Virus record (IMG/VR): IMGVR_UViG_3300032282_006516
Span: 57,429-121,428 of that record
Length of the DNA: 64,000 bases
DNA from: a virus
Reading direction: 5' to 3' (one strand)
Part shown: positions 55,456 to 63,320 of the stretch, in pieces
How the letters are laid out: the number at the start of each line of letters is the position of its first letter
How positions within the stretch are numbered: position 1 is the stretch's first letter
Position numbers and translations under genes: made by a program
The notes under the pieces: generated by a model
What the model was told of the DNA's origin: nothing
Databases searched by the model: none
The model's input: the letters and a program-made list of their open reading frames with translations, nothing else

Positions 55456-56171
55456 GCGCAGAACCGAACGTCCCCGTCGCCGCAGCCCCCCGCAACATCG
55501 ACGGCCTCGTCAAAATCACGCCCTTCAAGCTGCGCATCCTCGCGCAGAGCCTGGGCGGGTTGGAGAGCCCCGAGCAGAAGCATGCGTGGCACACCACGCT
55601 TTCGACCCAGGAGGCACGAGCGGGGTACGTGCTTGACCTGCTGACCGAGCATGACCGGAAGAACGGTGGGCCGCCCGCACCTCCGCCGCCGCCGGTCGTG
55701 CAGCCCATGGCCATGCCGGCACCTGCCGAAGTGGCTCCTGCCGCACTGGCTGCGGCTGCCGCGGCTGCGGTGGAAAAGCCGCGTGCCCGCCGCTCGCCGG
55801 CAACCGCTACCGCAGACGCTGCTCCGGCCGTTCCGCCTCCGCCTGCGGACCTGGGGACCGACATCCTCAACCTGCTGGCGAAGGTCGCGGCAGGAACGGA
55901 GGCCAACACGAACGCGCTCGGGGCGTTCGACCGCCGCGTGGTGAACGTGCTGAACGAGCAGGCCGAGCGCATCGCGCGGCTAGAGGCGCTCACCATGGAC
56001 CTGGCGGAGAAGCTGAAGGCGTCGCAGCAGCTGCAGACGTGGACGCTGACCGCGTTCCTCACCTTCATGCAGGAGAGCATGCAGGCCAGCACGGCGGACC
56101 TCGTCTCGGCGGCTATCGCTGACTCGGCGCAGCTCGAAGCGCTGGTCAAGCAGGCCACGGGAAAAGGATAG
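55452..56171 (+). CDS. Hypothetical protein (239 aa) ending in a slippery heptamer
   Basis: ATGA coupling; Pro/Ala linker plus coiled C-terminus; G-GGA-AAA at 56159-65, one codon before TAG. Confidence 0.7.
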   Translation: MSAEPNVPVAAAPRNIDGLVKITPFKLRILAQSLGGLESPEQKHAWHTTLSTQEARAGYVLDLLTEHDRKNGGPPAPPPPPVVQPMAMPAPAEVAPAALAAAAAAAVEKPRARRSPATATADAAPAVPPPPADLGTDILNLLAKVAAGTEANTNALGAFDRRVVNVLNEQAERIARLEALTMDLAEKLKASQQLQTWTLTAFLTFMQESMQASTADLVSAAIADSAQLEALVKQATGKG

Positions 56172-56368
56172 ACGCCGTACTCGATGACTGCTGGCCGGGG
56201 TGCTCCAGGGCGTTCAACGTCGACGTACTCGTCTTCGACAACTCCCTGGACACCCTGAGCGACGCATCCGTCATCGACCTCGCGCACCGAGTCGGGGTCC
56301 TGGTAGACGAAGAAGCCAGGTTCCCCGACTTGGTGCGGGTACGGCTCAAACGAAACGAGGCTCCATGA
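56159..56368 (+). CDS. Start-less 69-codon ORF in the -1 frame (putative frameshift extension)
   Basis: Reads GKRIDAVLDDCWPGCSRAFNVDVLVFDNSLDTLSDASVIDLAHRVGVLVDEEARFPDLVRVRLKRNEAP; strong C/G third-position bias; TGA overlaps the next ATG. Confidence 0.55.
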   Translation, partial: GKRIDAVLDDCWPGCSRAFNVDVLVFDNSLDTLSDASVIDLAHRVGVLVDEEARFPDLVRVRLKRNEAP

Positions 56369-56700
56369 AACGCTATGTAGTTCTCGCCCTGGCCTTGGCC
56401 GGGTGCGACCATGCCCCGAAATGCCAAGAACTCGACGCGGGCGTCATGGCCTGCGCCACGGCGACCATCGTGCGGTGGGAGTACAAGACCATCGCGGTCG
56501 AGGCCCCGTTCGACCAGTACATCACGCTAGATGAGGGGCGCCTCGACGCCCTTGGAATGGAGGGCTGGGAACTGGTCTCGACGTGGGTCGAGCCGGAAAG
56601 CTCCGTGCTCGGATTCAGCGATGTCGAGTACACGACAGGTGTTGCCCCGCGGGTTCGTCCCGTGAGGGCGACGCTGCTGTTCAAGCGACCCGTGTGGTGA
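56365..56700 (+). CDS. Lipoprotein with DUF4177-like domain (111 aa)
   Basis: MKRYVVLALALAGC lipobox; WEYKT...LDALGMEGWELVS. Confidence 0.7.
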   Translation: MKRYVVLALALAGCDHAPKCQELDAGVMACATATIVRWEYKTIAVEAPFDQYITLDEGRLDALGMEGWELVSTWVEPESSVLGFSDVEYTTGVAPRVRPVRATLLFKRPVW

Positions 56701-56708
56701 ATGAACAT

Positions 56709-56751
56709 GAACGCCGCCGGGATTCCGACGGCGTTCTGTTTTTTAGCCTCT
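56709..56751 (+). terminator. Intrinsic terminator with TTAGCCTCT tail, end of the replication operon
   Basis: GAACGCCG-C-CGG-GATT-CCG-A-CGGCGTTC then TGTTTT-TTAGCCTCT. Confidence 0.65.
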
Positions 56752-56756
56752 AACGG

Positions 56757-57059
56757 CTAGTCATCGCGGTACGTGACCTTGCGCGGCGGTCGAACGAAGA
56801 CCGGCACGGTGTTGCTGATGTTGCCGCGCACCTGCGGGCCGGGTGCGTTGGCCTTCAACACCAGCGGCGGTGGGACGTACGGCGGAAACGGCGCCGGGTC
56901 TGGAAGCCCGAGCCCGAAGCTGAGTGAGTTGCTTCCTAGCCCCACAAAACCAGCCCGGCCTAGAAACCCGCTTCGTACGGTCACGTTGCCGCACTCCGCC
57001 GTGCAGGAGCGCCGATACCCCCAACGATTGGCCCGCCCTGAGCGTCGCGAAGTTGCCAC
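56757..57059 (-). CDS. Hypothetical small virion protein (~100 aa)
   Basis: Last gene of the minus-strand tail operon; start uncertain. Confidence 0.45.
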   Translation of the reverse strand: MATSRRSGRANRWGYRRSCTAECGNVTVRSGFLGRAGFVGLGSNSLSFGLGLPDPAPFPPYVPPPLVLKANAPGPQVRGNISNTVPVFVRPPRKVTYRDD

Positions 57060-57529
57060 GTGAGGAGCGGCGTGATGCCGTCGTCATCGAAGAGAATCAG
57101 CGTACCCGGATTGCCAGGGGTCTCTTCCATGCGGTTCGTCAGCGCCTTGCGAAGCAGCACCGTATCTCCGCCGCTGCCCAGCGCCACGACCAGTAGCACG
57201 TCTTGGTCAGCACCCTTGCCGACGACCGAGTCCAGGCCGTACTCCGCCACGAACGCGTCGCCCGTGTTGGGCGTCGGCACCAGCGCGGTCATGTCCACGA
57301 GCGTCTGGTACGTCCCGCGCTCGGTCTCGCCAAGCAGTGCGTACTTCGTGGTCCAGCCGCCGGTCTTGAACTGATTGTCTGCGAAATCGAGGTAGCTATC
57401 CGGCGTCGCTGCAGACCGAAGCGCCACAACAGGCGCCTGCCCGGTCACACCGCCTACGCCCTCCTGTGTCACCGTGAGAACGAGAGGCACCGCGATGTTG
57501 GTGGCTTCTACGACGAGCGACAAACCCAT
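56981..57529 (-). CDS. Hypothetical beta-rich virion protein (~182 aa)
   Basis: Coding-like codon bias; downstream of the tail fibre gene. Confidence 0.6.
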   Translation of the reverse strand: MGLSLVVEATNIAVPLVLTVTQEGVGGVTGQAPVVALRSAATPDSYLDFADNQFKTGGWTTKYALLGETERGTYQTLVDMTALVPTPNTGDAFVAEYGLDSVVGKGADQDVLLVVALGSGGDTVLLRKALTNRMEETPGNPGTLILFDDDGITPLLTWQLRDAQGGPIVGGIGAPARRSAAT

Positions 57530-57544
57530 GCGGACATTCAAGCA

Positions 57545-57583
57545 CAACGCCGCCGAACCCCCAAGAGGAGTCCGGCGGCGTTG
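57545..57583 (-). terminator. Long stem-loop after the tail-fibre gene
   Basis: Minus strand CAACGCCGCCGGACTCC-TCTTG-GGGGTTCGGCGGCGTTG. Confidence 0.5.
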
Positions 57584-57602
57584 AGTCCGACTAGAGCCTA
57601 GC

Positions 57603-59000
57603 TCAGGCCTTACCGAAACGCTGGATCATGACGAACAGGTCGGTCGCGTTAATGGCGAAGCCGACCTGCACGACGTTGTTGCCTCCCGACGGCACCGTGG
57701 TGCCAATGCCGCCCGACGCCTGGAGGTAGTAAACGGTGCCCGCGGTCGCGCTCGAAAGAACGCCCGCGTTGTAGCCCATCGAGACGACGCGCGCGTTCCC
57801 GTTCGCGAGAACCGACGAGCTGTTGTTGAGACCACAGACGAAGCTCTTGGCGTCCGTACCGGCCTCCGCCTTGTCGAGCTTATCGTTCGTCGACGACCAG
57901 TAGACGGGGTCACCCGCGCTGAGCGCGGACGACGAGGCCGCCGTGAATACCGGACCCGACTTGTGCGAGTGCAGCGACGACGCGTCGCCCGAGGCGCCGC
58001 CCGTGAGGGTGTTGAGATTCGACGCCGTGACGTTCGTGCTGACAGCGTTGAGCGACCCGCCAATCGTGAACTGCGACGGAAGGCCGATGACGCGGAGACC
58101 GTTCGACCCAACCGCCACGGTCGGGTTGCCCGACGTGGTCGTGTCCACGCTGACCGCGAGGCCACCGCTGCCCGTCGTAAGACCGCCCGAGCTGTCGACC
58201 TTCGTGTTGAGCGTCTTGGTCGGCGAGCTGCCCGAGAGCGCGAGGCCCGCACCAATCGTCGGGAGCGAAACCTGGATGTACGTGTTCGTGCCATCCAGCG
58301 TGAGGCCGTCACCCGGATTCGCCTGGATGTCCGAGCCCGACTTCACAAGGCCATGGCTCGCCGTAATGGTGCCCGCGGTCGAGAACTGCACAAACGCGAG
58401 AGCGTCCGTGCCAATGACAGCGCTGCCCGAGTTCGTCGAGCACACCCAGCCCGAATCGGCGTACGACGTGCCCTGCTCGACAAAGCACGCCACGCCATCC
58501 GCCGTGTTGCCCGTGGCGAAGTCGTCCGGACGCGTCCAAGACCCAGACTGGACAACCCAGATGCCGTTGTTGACGTTGCTCGTTCCAATCGTCTGCTGGC
58601 TCGTGAGGAGCACGCGGTTGCCCGCAGACAGGCTGACACCGTCGATGGTCGTGGTTCCCGACAGGGAAAGCACGCGGGTCGTAGCCACGGCCGCAACCGG
58701 GGCAACCCACTTGAGGCCATTGATGGCGCTATCGACGTAGCCCTTCGTGGCCGCGTCAGTCGACGACGACGGCGTCCCAAGGCCCGTGACCTTGTAGGTG
58801 CCCATCGCAAGGTCCGCCGTGAGGGTAAGACCCGCGAGCGACGCCCCCGACTGCCCGTACGACAGCGCGTCACCGCTCGACGCGCCCGCCGCGAGGTTGA
58901 CGATCTTCCCCGTCGACTGAAGGTCGAGGTTGTCCCCCGCCGCCAGCGACTCCGCAAATCCGTAAGTCGAATTGAACGCAAGAACAACGCGATTCGCCAT
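57603..59000 (-). CDS. Tail fibre / head fibre protein (465 aa)
   Basis: DAATKGYVD, LSLSGTTTIDGVSL..GNRVLL..Q, NGIWVV.SGSWTR motifs common in phage fibres; G/S/T-rich repeats. Confidence 0.75.
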   Translation of the reverse strand: MANRVVLAFNSTYGFAESLAAGDNLDLQSTGKIVNLAAGASSGDALSYGQSGASLAGLTLTADLAMGTYKVTGLGTPSSSTDAATKGYVDSAINGLKWVAPVAAVATTRVLSLSGTTTIDGVSLSAGNRVLLTSQQTIGTSNVNNGIWVVQSGSWTRPDDFATGNTADGVACFVEQGTSYADSGWVCSTNSGSAVIGTDALAFVQFSTAGTITASHGLVKSGSDIQANPGDGLTLDGTNTYIQVSLPTIGAGLALSGSSPTKTLNTKVDSSGGLTTGSGGLAVSVDTTTSGNPTVAVGSNGLRVIGLPSQFTIGGSLNAVSTNVTASNLNTLTGGASGDASSLHSHKSGPVFTAASSSALSAGDPVYWSSTNDKLDKAEAGTDAKSFVCGLNNSSSVLANGNARVVSMGYNAGVLSSATAGTVYYLQASGGIGTTVPSGGNNVVQVGFAINATDLFVMIQRFGKA

Positions 59001-59008
59001 GATGCCTC

Positions 59009-59386
59009 CTAGCCGGGCAACTGATGGATGAGCCCGGTCTTATCGTCGTACGCAACCTTGGACCAGTCCTCGACCCCGTACTTCTTACCCAGCTCCGCCT
59101 TGAGCGTCTCAAGAGCCCCACCGGCTTGTGACTGGAGGTGCAGGAGTTTCTTGTCTTCCTGCGCACGCTCCAGTCGACGCACCTGCAACTCCAGCTGCTT
59201 GTTGTCGTTCTGAAGCGCCAGGTTCCTTACGGACAGCTCATCAACTCGATCTTCGAGTTGGAGAATCTTGTGACGAAGGGCTTGAGAAAGAAGACGCTCC
59301 TGGGCCAGTTCAAGGCGCAGGAGGTCTTCACGAGTGAGCTTCTTTTCGGCGGGGGCCGTTGTAGTCGTAGTGCGGTCGGTCTTCAT
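59009..59386 (-). CDS. Coiled-coil protein, fibre-assembly chaperone candidate (125 aa)
   Basis: Leu heptads; directly upstream of the fibre gene. Confidence 0.55.
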   Translation of the reverse strand: MKTDRTTTTTAPAEKKLTREDLLRLELAQERLLSQALRHKILQLEDRVDELSVRNLALQNDNKQLELQVRRLERAQEDKKLLHLQSQAGGALETLKAELGKKYGVEDWSKVAYDDKTGLIHQLPG

Positions 59387-59814
59387 GTGTTGAGCCTCAA
59401 TAGGTCTTTAGAAGGGGTCAACAGAAGCCGGCCTGAATCAAGTGCTTGTCCAAGTACTTGAATGATAACAGGCCGAACTGCTGGAAGGGAATCCACGGCA
59501 AATCCCGTTGAATCTAAGAAGTAGCGCGCATTCGGAGTGAGTCCGGCAAGCGCCACAACGCCAAGCCAAACGACAACACAATCGGTTGCCGAGCTTTTAC
59601 TAAGAATCATTCCGATGGCCGGCATCTTGGCCGGGTCGGTAGGGTCTGCGCAGGCGACGACGGCGACGCCACCAACGGCGTCGCCCGCAACGCACACAAA
59701 CTGATTTACTGCGTCGGTAGCCTGACAAGTAGCGGCGAAAACAAACGGGTCAATCGTCGATTCCGCCGCAACGTCAAACGTGCCCGTGAACGGGTTGAAA
59801 ACGAACCGCGTCAC
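59383..59814 (-). CDS. Hypothetical virion protein (143 aa)
   Basis: FNPFTGTFD N-terminus; its C-terminal part resembles the fibre C-terminus (Y.L...G......P....Q.G.A). Confidence 0.6.
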   Translation of the reverse strand: MTRFVFNPFTGTFDVAAESTIDPFVFAATCQATDAVNQFVCVAGDAVGGVAVVACADPTDPAKMPAIGMILSKSSATDCVVVWLGVVALAGLTPNARYFLDSTGFAVDSLPAVRPVIIQVLGQALDSGRLLLTPSKDLLRLNT

Positions 59815-59815
59815 G

Positions 59816-60079
59816 TTACGACCTCGTGACCGACGTCAAGTTGGAACCGCTGTACGTCAAGCTAAGCGTCGCCACCACCGTGCCTCCGGAACCACCCTGC
59901 TTGTAGACGACCGTCGTCAGGTCCGAGCCCGTGTAGTCGAGGCCGATGTAGTCGTACGACTCGGGAACAAGCTGAGATACATTTCGGACAAGCCACGGAG
60001 TGCCGCCCGGAGTTCCCTGCGCCGCGGTGACGGAGTCGGTCGCCTCATTCAAGGTCCGACCTAACGTAATCGTTGCCAT
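59816..60079 (-). CDS. Hypothetical small virion protein (87 aa)
   Basis: beta-hairpin-like YTGSDLTTVVY / YSGSNLTSVT repeat. Confidence 0.6.
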   Translation of the reverse strand: MATITLGRTLNEATDSVTAAQGTPGGTPWLVRNVSQLVPESYDYIGLDYTGSDLTTVVYKQGGSGGTVVATLSLTYSGSNLTSVTRS

Positions 60080-60090
60080 CCGTACGCCCT

Positions 60091-60549
60091 TTACTTGGCT
60101 GCGTTGATGAGGGCCGCCGTTCCGGCAGCGGCGGCGACGGTCACCAATACACCAATCGCCACACCGAATCCGGTGGTTTTGTACCAGGGCGGGCCTTCGG
60201 CGAGTTCTTTCTGCGCCGCGTCGAGCTTCTTCTGGAGGTCGCCCGTAACCTGCGTGTACTGCGCCCTCTCCAGCTCCAGCTGCTTCTTAGCGTAGTCCAG
60301 CTCCAGCCCGTCGTACTTCTTCTGGAACTCAACGTCCGCCTGCAGTCGGAACTTGTACTGCTGGAGGTAGTTCGCCCAACGAAGGGCCGTGGGCTGGTCA
60401 AAGAGCTGCCCCGTGAATGGCGCCGGGTCGCCCTTCTTCACCACCTCGATACGGTCTTCTCCTGACGGAACAGGAACAACCGGAACGGTGTCGCCCCAAG
60501 CGCGAGAAGGCAGAAGTGTGAGGAGCACGATGAGGGCAACGGTACGCAT
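60091..60549 (-). CDS. Secreted/membrane coiled-coil protein, spanin-like candidate (152 aa)
   Basis: N-terminal signal-like segment, central coiled coil, C-terminal TM helix. Confidence 0.55.
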   Translation of the reverse strand: MRTVALIVLLTLLPSRAWGDTVPVVPVPSGEDRIEVVKKGDPAPFTGQLFDQPTALRWANYLQQYKFRLQADVEFQKKYDGLELDYAKKQLELERAQYTQVTGDLQKKLDAAQKELAEGPPWYKTTGFGVAIGVLVTVAAAAGTAALINAAK

Positions 60550-60571
60550 GCGCGCAGTATGCCCGCGGTTC

Positions 60572-60605
60572 AGAGGCTAAGAAAAGGGATGCGTGCGCAT
60601 CCCTT
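60572..60605 (-). terminator. Intrinsic terminator with TTAGCCTCT tail (minus strand)
   Basis: Minus strand AAGGGATGC-GCAC-GCATCCCTT-TTC-TTAGCCTCT; ends the thyX unit. Confidence 0.65.
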
Positions 60606-60631
60606 CTCTGATTCTCCGACGAACTCGCGAA

Positions 60632-60907
60632 CTACTTCCCGGCCGCTTCGGCCGCGTGAAGTTCCGACTCTAGGCGGTCGAGCGTGTCCGCCAACTTCGC
60701 CCGGCTCTCACCTTCCAGCTGTCCCACCGCAAGCGCGATGATACGCGTCGCAGCGCGAAACCCTTCGGCGTAACGACGCCGACCGGCGGTCTCCACCAGA
60801 GCCAAAACCTTCTGCATCACGGGGTCTGTCGCGTCCATCGTTACTCCTTGTGCATCCAGGGCTGCGGAAAAAGGTTGGGCCAACGACGGACACACAGCCG
60901 CCGCCAA
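60632..60907 (-). CDS. Hypothetical helical protein (probably starts MDATDP near 60838)
   Basis: AAGGAG RBS before MDATD; downstream of thyX. Confidence 0.55.
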   Translation of the reverse strand: MAAAVCPSLAQPFSAALDAQGVTMDATDPVMQKVLALVETAGRRRYAEGFRAATRIIALAVGQLEGESRAKLADTLDRLESELHAAEAAGK

Positions 60908-61704
60908 GCCCGCGCGAATCGTCGAATCTCCAGGTCGGCCACCTCGTTCTCACGCTCGCGAACGAACTTGGCGATGGCCGCAGGGTTGGTCGTCCAGAGG
61001 AACGAGGTCTCGGCCTGATGCGGAAGAAAGCTCGAAGCGGCTTCGTAGATGCGCTTCCGCTCCATGCCCTTCGGGGCGCTGCCGTTTTGCTCCGTGTAGA
61101 AGCGCGTGTCGTCGAGCACCGCGTTGAGGTACGCCTCGTAACTCGTCTCCATCGCCTGCCGGAACCGCGCCTGCAGCAGCGGGCTGTCGGCGTAGCGCAG
61201 GGGCTCGACGAAGTAGCCGTAGTGATGCGTGAACCGCGTCGACTCCTGACTGGGGTTGCCCTCTTCGTCGCGGTCGGCTCCGACGTAGTTTCGGATGATT
61301 TCGTGGCTCACACGCCGTGACACGCCCGCGAAGAAGAAGGTCATCTTCGCGTGGTAGAGAATGCTGGCGTGGGCGACGTCGCCTTCTTGCGTGTGGCGGA
61401 TGTACTCCGCGTTGCTCTTCCGCCCCGCCTTCACGCCGAAGCTGTCGTAGCACTTGCGCCCAGCCAGCTCGACGAGCAGCTCGTTGGCCGTCAACTCGCG
61501 GTTCGTGTCCGCATCGACGCCCTCGTGTGGAAAGAGTGCCAGCCACCGAGGCGGGGCGAGCGGGTTCTCATCAAAAGGCGGTAGGCACTCAGGGCGATGC
61601 GACTGCACCCACTCCATCATGTCCTCGACGCCCAACGTCGAGAGCTGCATCTCGGCGATGGGAATGATGGTGGGATCGCCCCGAAGAATCGTGACGTTAC
61701 TCAT
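60841..61704 (-). CDS. thyX: FAD-dependent thymidylate synthase ThyX (287 aa)
   Basis: ELAGRKCY, GVSRRVSHEIIR, SQESTRF, EIRRFA. Confidence 0.85.
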   Translation of the reverse strand: MSNVTILRGDPTIIPIAEMQLSTLGVEDMMEWVQSHRPECLPPFDENPLAPPRWLALFPHEGVDADTNRELTANELLVELAGRKCYDSFGVKAGRKSNAEYIRHTQEGDVAHASILYHAKMTFFFAGVSRRVSHEIIRNYVGADRDEEGNPSQESTRFTHHYGYFVEPLRYADSPLLQARFRQAMETSYEAYLNAVLDDTRFYTEQNGSAPKGMERKRIYEAASSFLPHQAETSFLWTTNPAAIAKFVRERENEVADLEIRRFARAWRRLCVRRWPNLFPQPWMHKE

Positions 61705-61737
61705 GGAACCTCCGTGCGCGACAATCCGCGCATAGGC

Positions 61738-61764
61738 CTTATCCCGCGTCGAGCGCTATTTTTA
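61738..61764 (-). promoter_or_regulatory. Candidate phage promoter TAA-N19-ATAAG (copy 7) upstream of thyX
   Basis: Minus strand TAAAAATAGCGCTCGACGCGGGATAAG; shares AAAATAGCG and CGCGGG with copy 5. Confidence 0.5.
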
Positions 61765-62559
61765 GGCCGTGGGATAACGGAGGTACGTCAACACTCCGCC
61801 GCAGTTGAGCAGCGGTGCAAACAACGGATTCTGCGCAGCGTCGACAAACGGCACCGTGTCGTCGTTGATGGTGACGTTGGCCGCAATCAGGCGGATTCCG
61901 TGCGAGTAATCTGCGTACGTAATCTCGTGCGTAAGGTGCGTCGTCGGCATCGGGTTGAGCGACTGAATGGGAGCACCCGTCAGTTTATGCCAGCCGTAGA
62001 TGGCGACGCGATTGTCTTTGAACTCCGGACGCGAGAGCGTGTTCGCAAGAACAACGTCTTTCTTGTGCCCCGCGATGAGACCCGTACGACTCGCGCGAAG
62101 ATGTTCGACCTTGTCGTTCTGGTCCACGAACCAGCGCGTTGACGTCATCTCGGAGCACGGGGGCATCGTGGTCCGAAGTGCATCAATCCGAACGTCCGCT
62201 TGCCGCCAGATGGCATCCGACAGCGCCTGCGTAATCAACGAGGCGCCAAACAGGTCCGCCACCCGTTGCGCCGTCTTCGGGTTCATCGGGACGCGAACAA
62301 AGTCGTCGTCCATCCCCACGCACAGCACATCCGGCAAGACCTCTACCGTGATGCTGATGGAGCTGGCGGACAGCACAATCGTCCGCGACGCACGAAGGAA
62401 GTCCGGGATGTTGCCCGTGCTGAGTTGCTGAAAGATAGCTTCCTCGCGGTCGGGACCGAGAGGAACGTCCATGACCTGCGCAGCAAACTGGCTGCCCGTC
62501 AGGGCGTCGTCTGCCCGTGCCGGGATCGTGAACGTCGGAGCATCTTTCTCGTTCGACAT
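61762..62559 (-). CDS. Soluble enzyme-like protein in the lysis cassette; endolysin candidate (265 aa; start MSNEKD)
   Basis: Follows holin-like and spanin-like genes; conserved-looking AGHKKD, IYGWH, DYSHGIRL; no recognisable lysozyme or amidase motif. Confidence 0.5.
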   Translation of the reverse strand: MSNEKDAPTFTIPARADDALTGSQFAAQVMDVPLGPDREEAIFQQLSTGNIPDFLRASRTIVLSASSISITVEVLPDVLCVGMDDDFVRVPMNPKTAQRVADLFGASLITQALSDAIWRQADVRIDALRTTMPPCSEMTSTRWFVDQNDKVEHLRASRTGLIAGHKKDVVLANTLSRPEFKDNRVAIYGWHKLTGAPIQSLNPMPTTHLTHEITYADYSHGIRLIAANVTINDDTVPFVDAAQNPLFAPLLNCGGVLTYLRYPTA

Positions 62560-62560
62560 C

Positions 62561-62908
62561 TCAGGGCTCCCGCACCGCGTTTCCCGTCTTCTTGAGATAC
62601 TCGTTCGTCGCGTCCGGGTCATCCTCAAGCCGCGGAGTGTCTTGCTTCTGCTGCTCCACCACCGCTGCCACGCTCTGCGCGTGGTTCTCTGCTGCCGCCT
62701 GTTGCCCCGCCTGCTTATCCCCAAGCGCGGCCTGTTCGGCTGCGCCCGTGGCGTTCTCAATCGTCGTTTTCTCTGGGTTGTCGCCCTGAACGACGACAGG
62801 GCGTTTCTTGACCAGCAGGCCAAGAAGGAACCCACCAACGACCGCAGCGCCCGCTGCCAACCAGCGCCACCACTTCTTCAGCCACTCCGACACGACAAGC
62901 CAGGTCAT
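62561..62908 (-). CDS. Single N-terminal TM + coiled-coil protein (i-spanin-like, 115 aa)
   Basis: KKWWRWLAAGAAVVGGFLLGLLVKK TM followed by an Ala/Gln helix. Confidence 0.55.
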   Translation of the reverse strand: MTWLVVSEWLKKWWRWLAAGAAVVGGFLLGLLVKKRPVVVQGDNPEKTTIENATGAAEQAALGDKQAGQQAAAENHAQSVAAVVEQQKQDTPRLEDDPDATNEYLKKTGNAVREP

Positions 62909-63318
62909 GGCGCACGCTCCTCGGCCTCAACCGGCTTTTCTTCCTTTACCGGAGCGTCATCCGGAAAGGGAATGTTCCACCGTTTCTGCACGAGGGCCTT
63001 CACCACATGGTAGCCCCACGTCGCGAACCACCCCACCGAAAGGCCGTAAAGACCACGGGACACGCGGCTTCCGATGACTACGTCCGGATACGCGAACAGC
63101 GCCGGAGGACAGAGGAGGCAGAACGCCAACCCCAACGCCGGGGGCAGCGTAGGAAGGACGAACTCCTCCCACACCCGCTGACCCCGGGTAAGCGGCGTCT
63201 TGTCTCCAAGGTCCGGACGAAGCGCTTCTACCAGACGACGCAGTGCGAACGCCGTGATGTAGATGCCCAGCACCAAGAACGCCGTAGAAAGCGTGAGTAC
63301 GTCGTCTAGGCGGTTCAT
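62905..63318 (-). CDS. Holin-like membrane protein (137 aa)
   Basis: Three hydrophobic segments and a charged C-tail; ATGA coupling. Confidence 0.6.
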   Translation of the reverse strand: MNRLDDVLTLSTAFLVLGIYITAFALRRLVEALRPDLGDKTPLTRGQRVWEEFVLPTLPPALGLAFCLLCPPALFAYPDVVIGSRVSRGLYGLSVGWFATWGYHVVKALVQKRWNIPFPDDAPVKEEKPVEAEERAP

Positions 63319-63320
63319 GG

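Noticed and set aside
56200-56364. GTG-started N-terminal extension of the lipoprotein ORF
   Set aside because: Arg-rich, non-coding-like frame; it would bury the lipobox; another frame (56159-56368) shows the coding bias.
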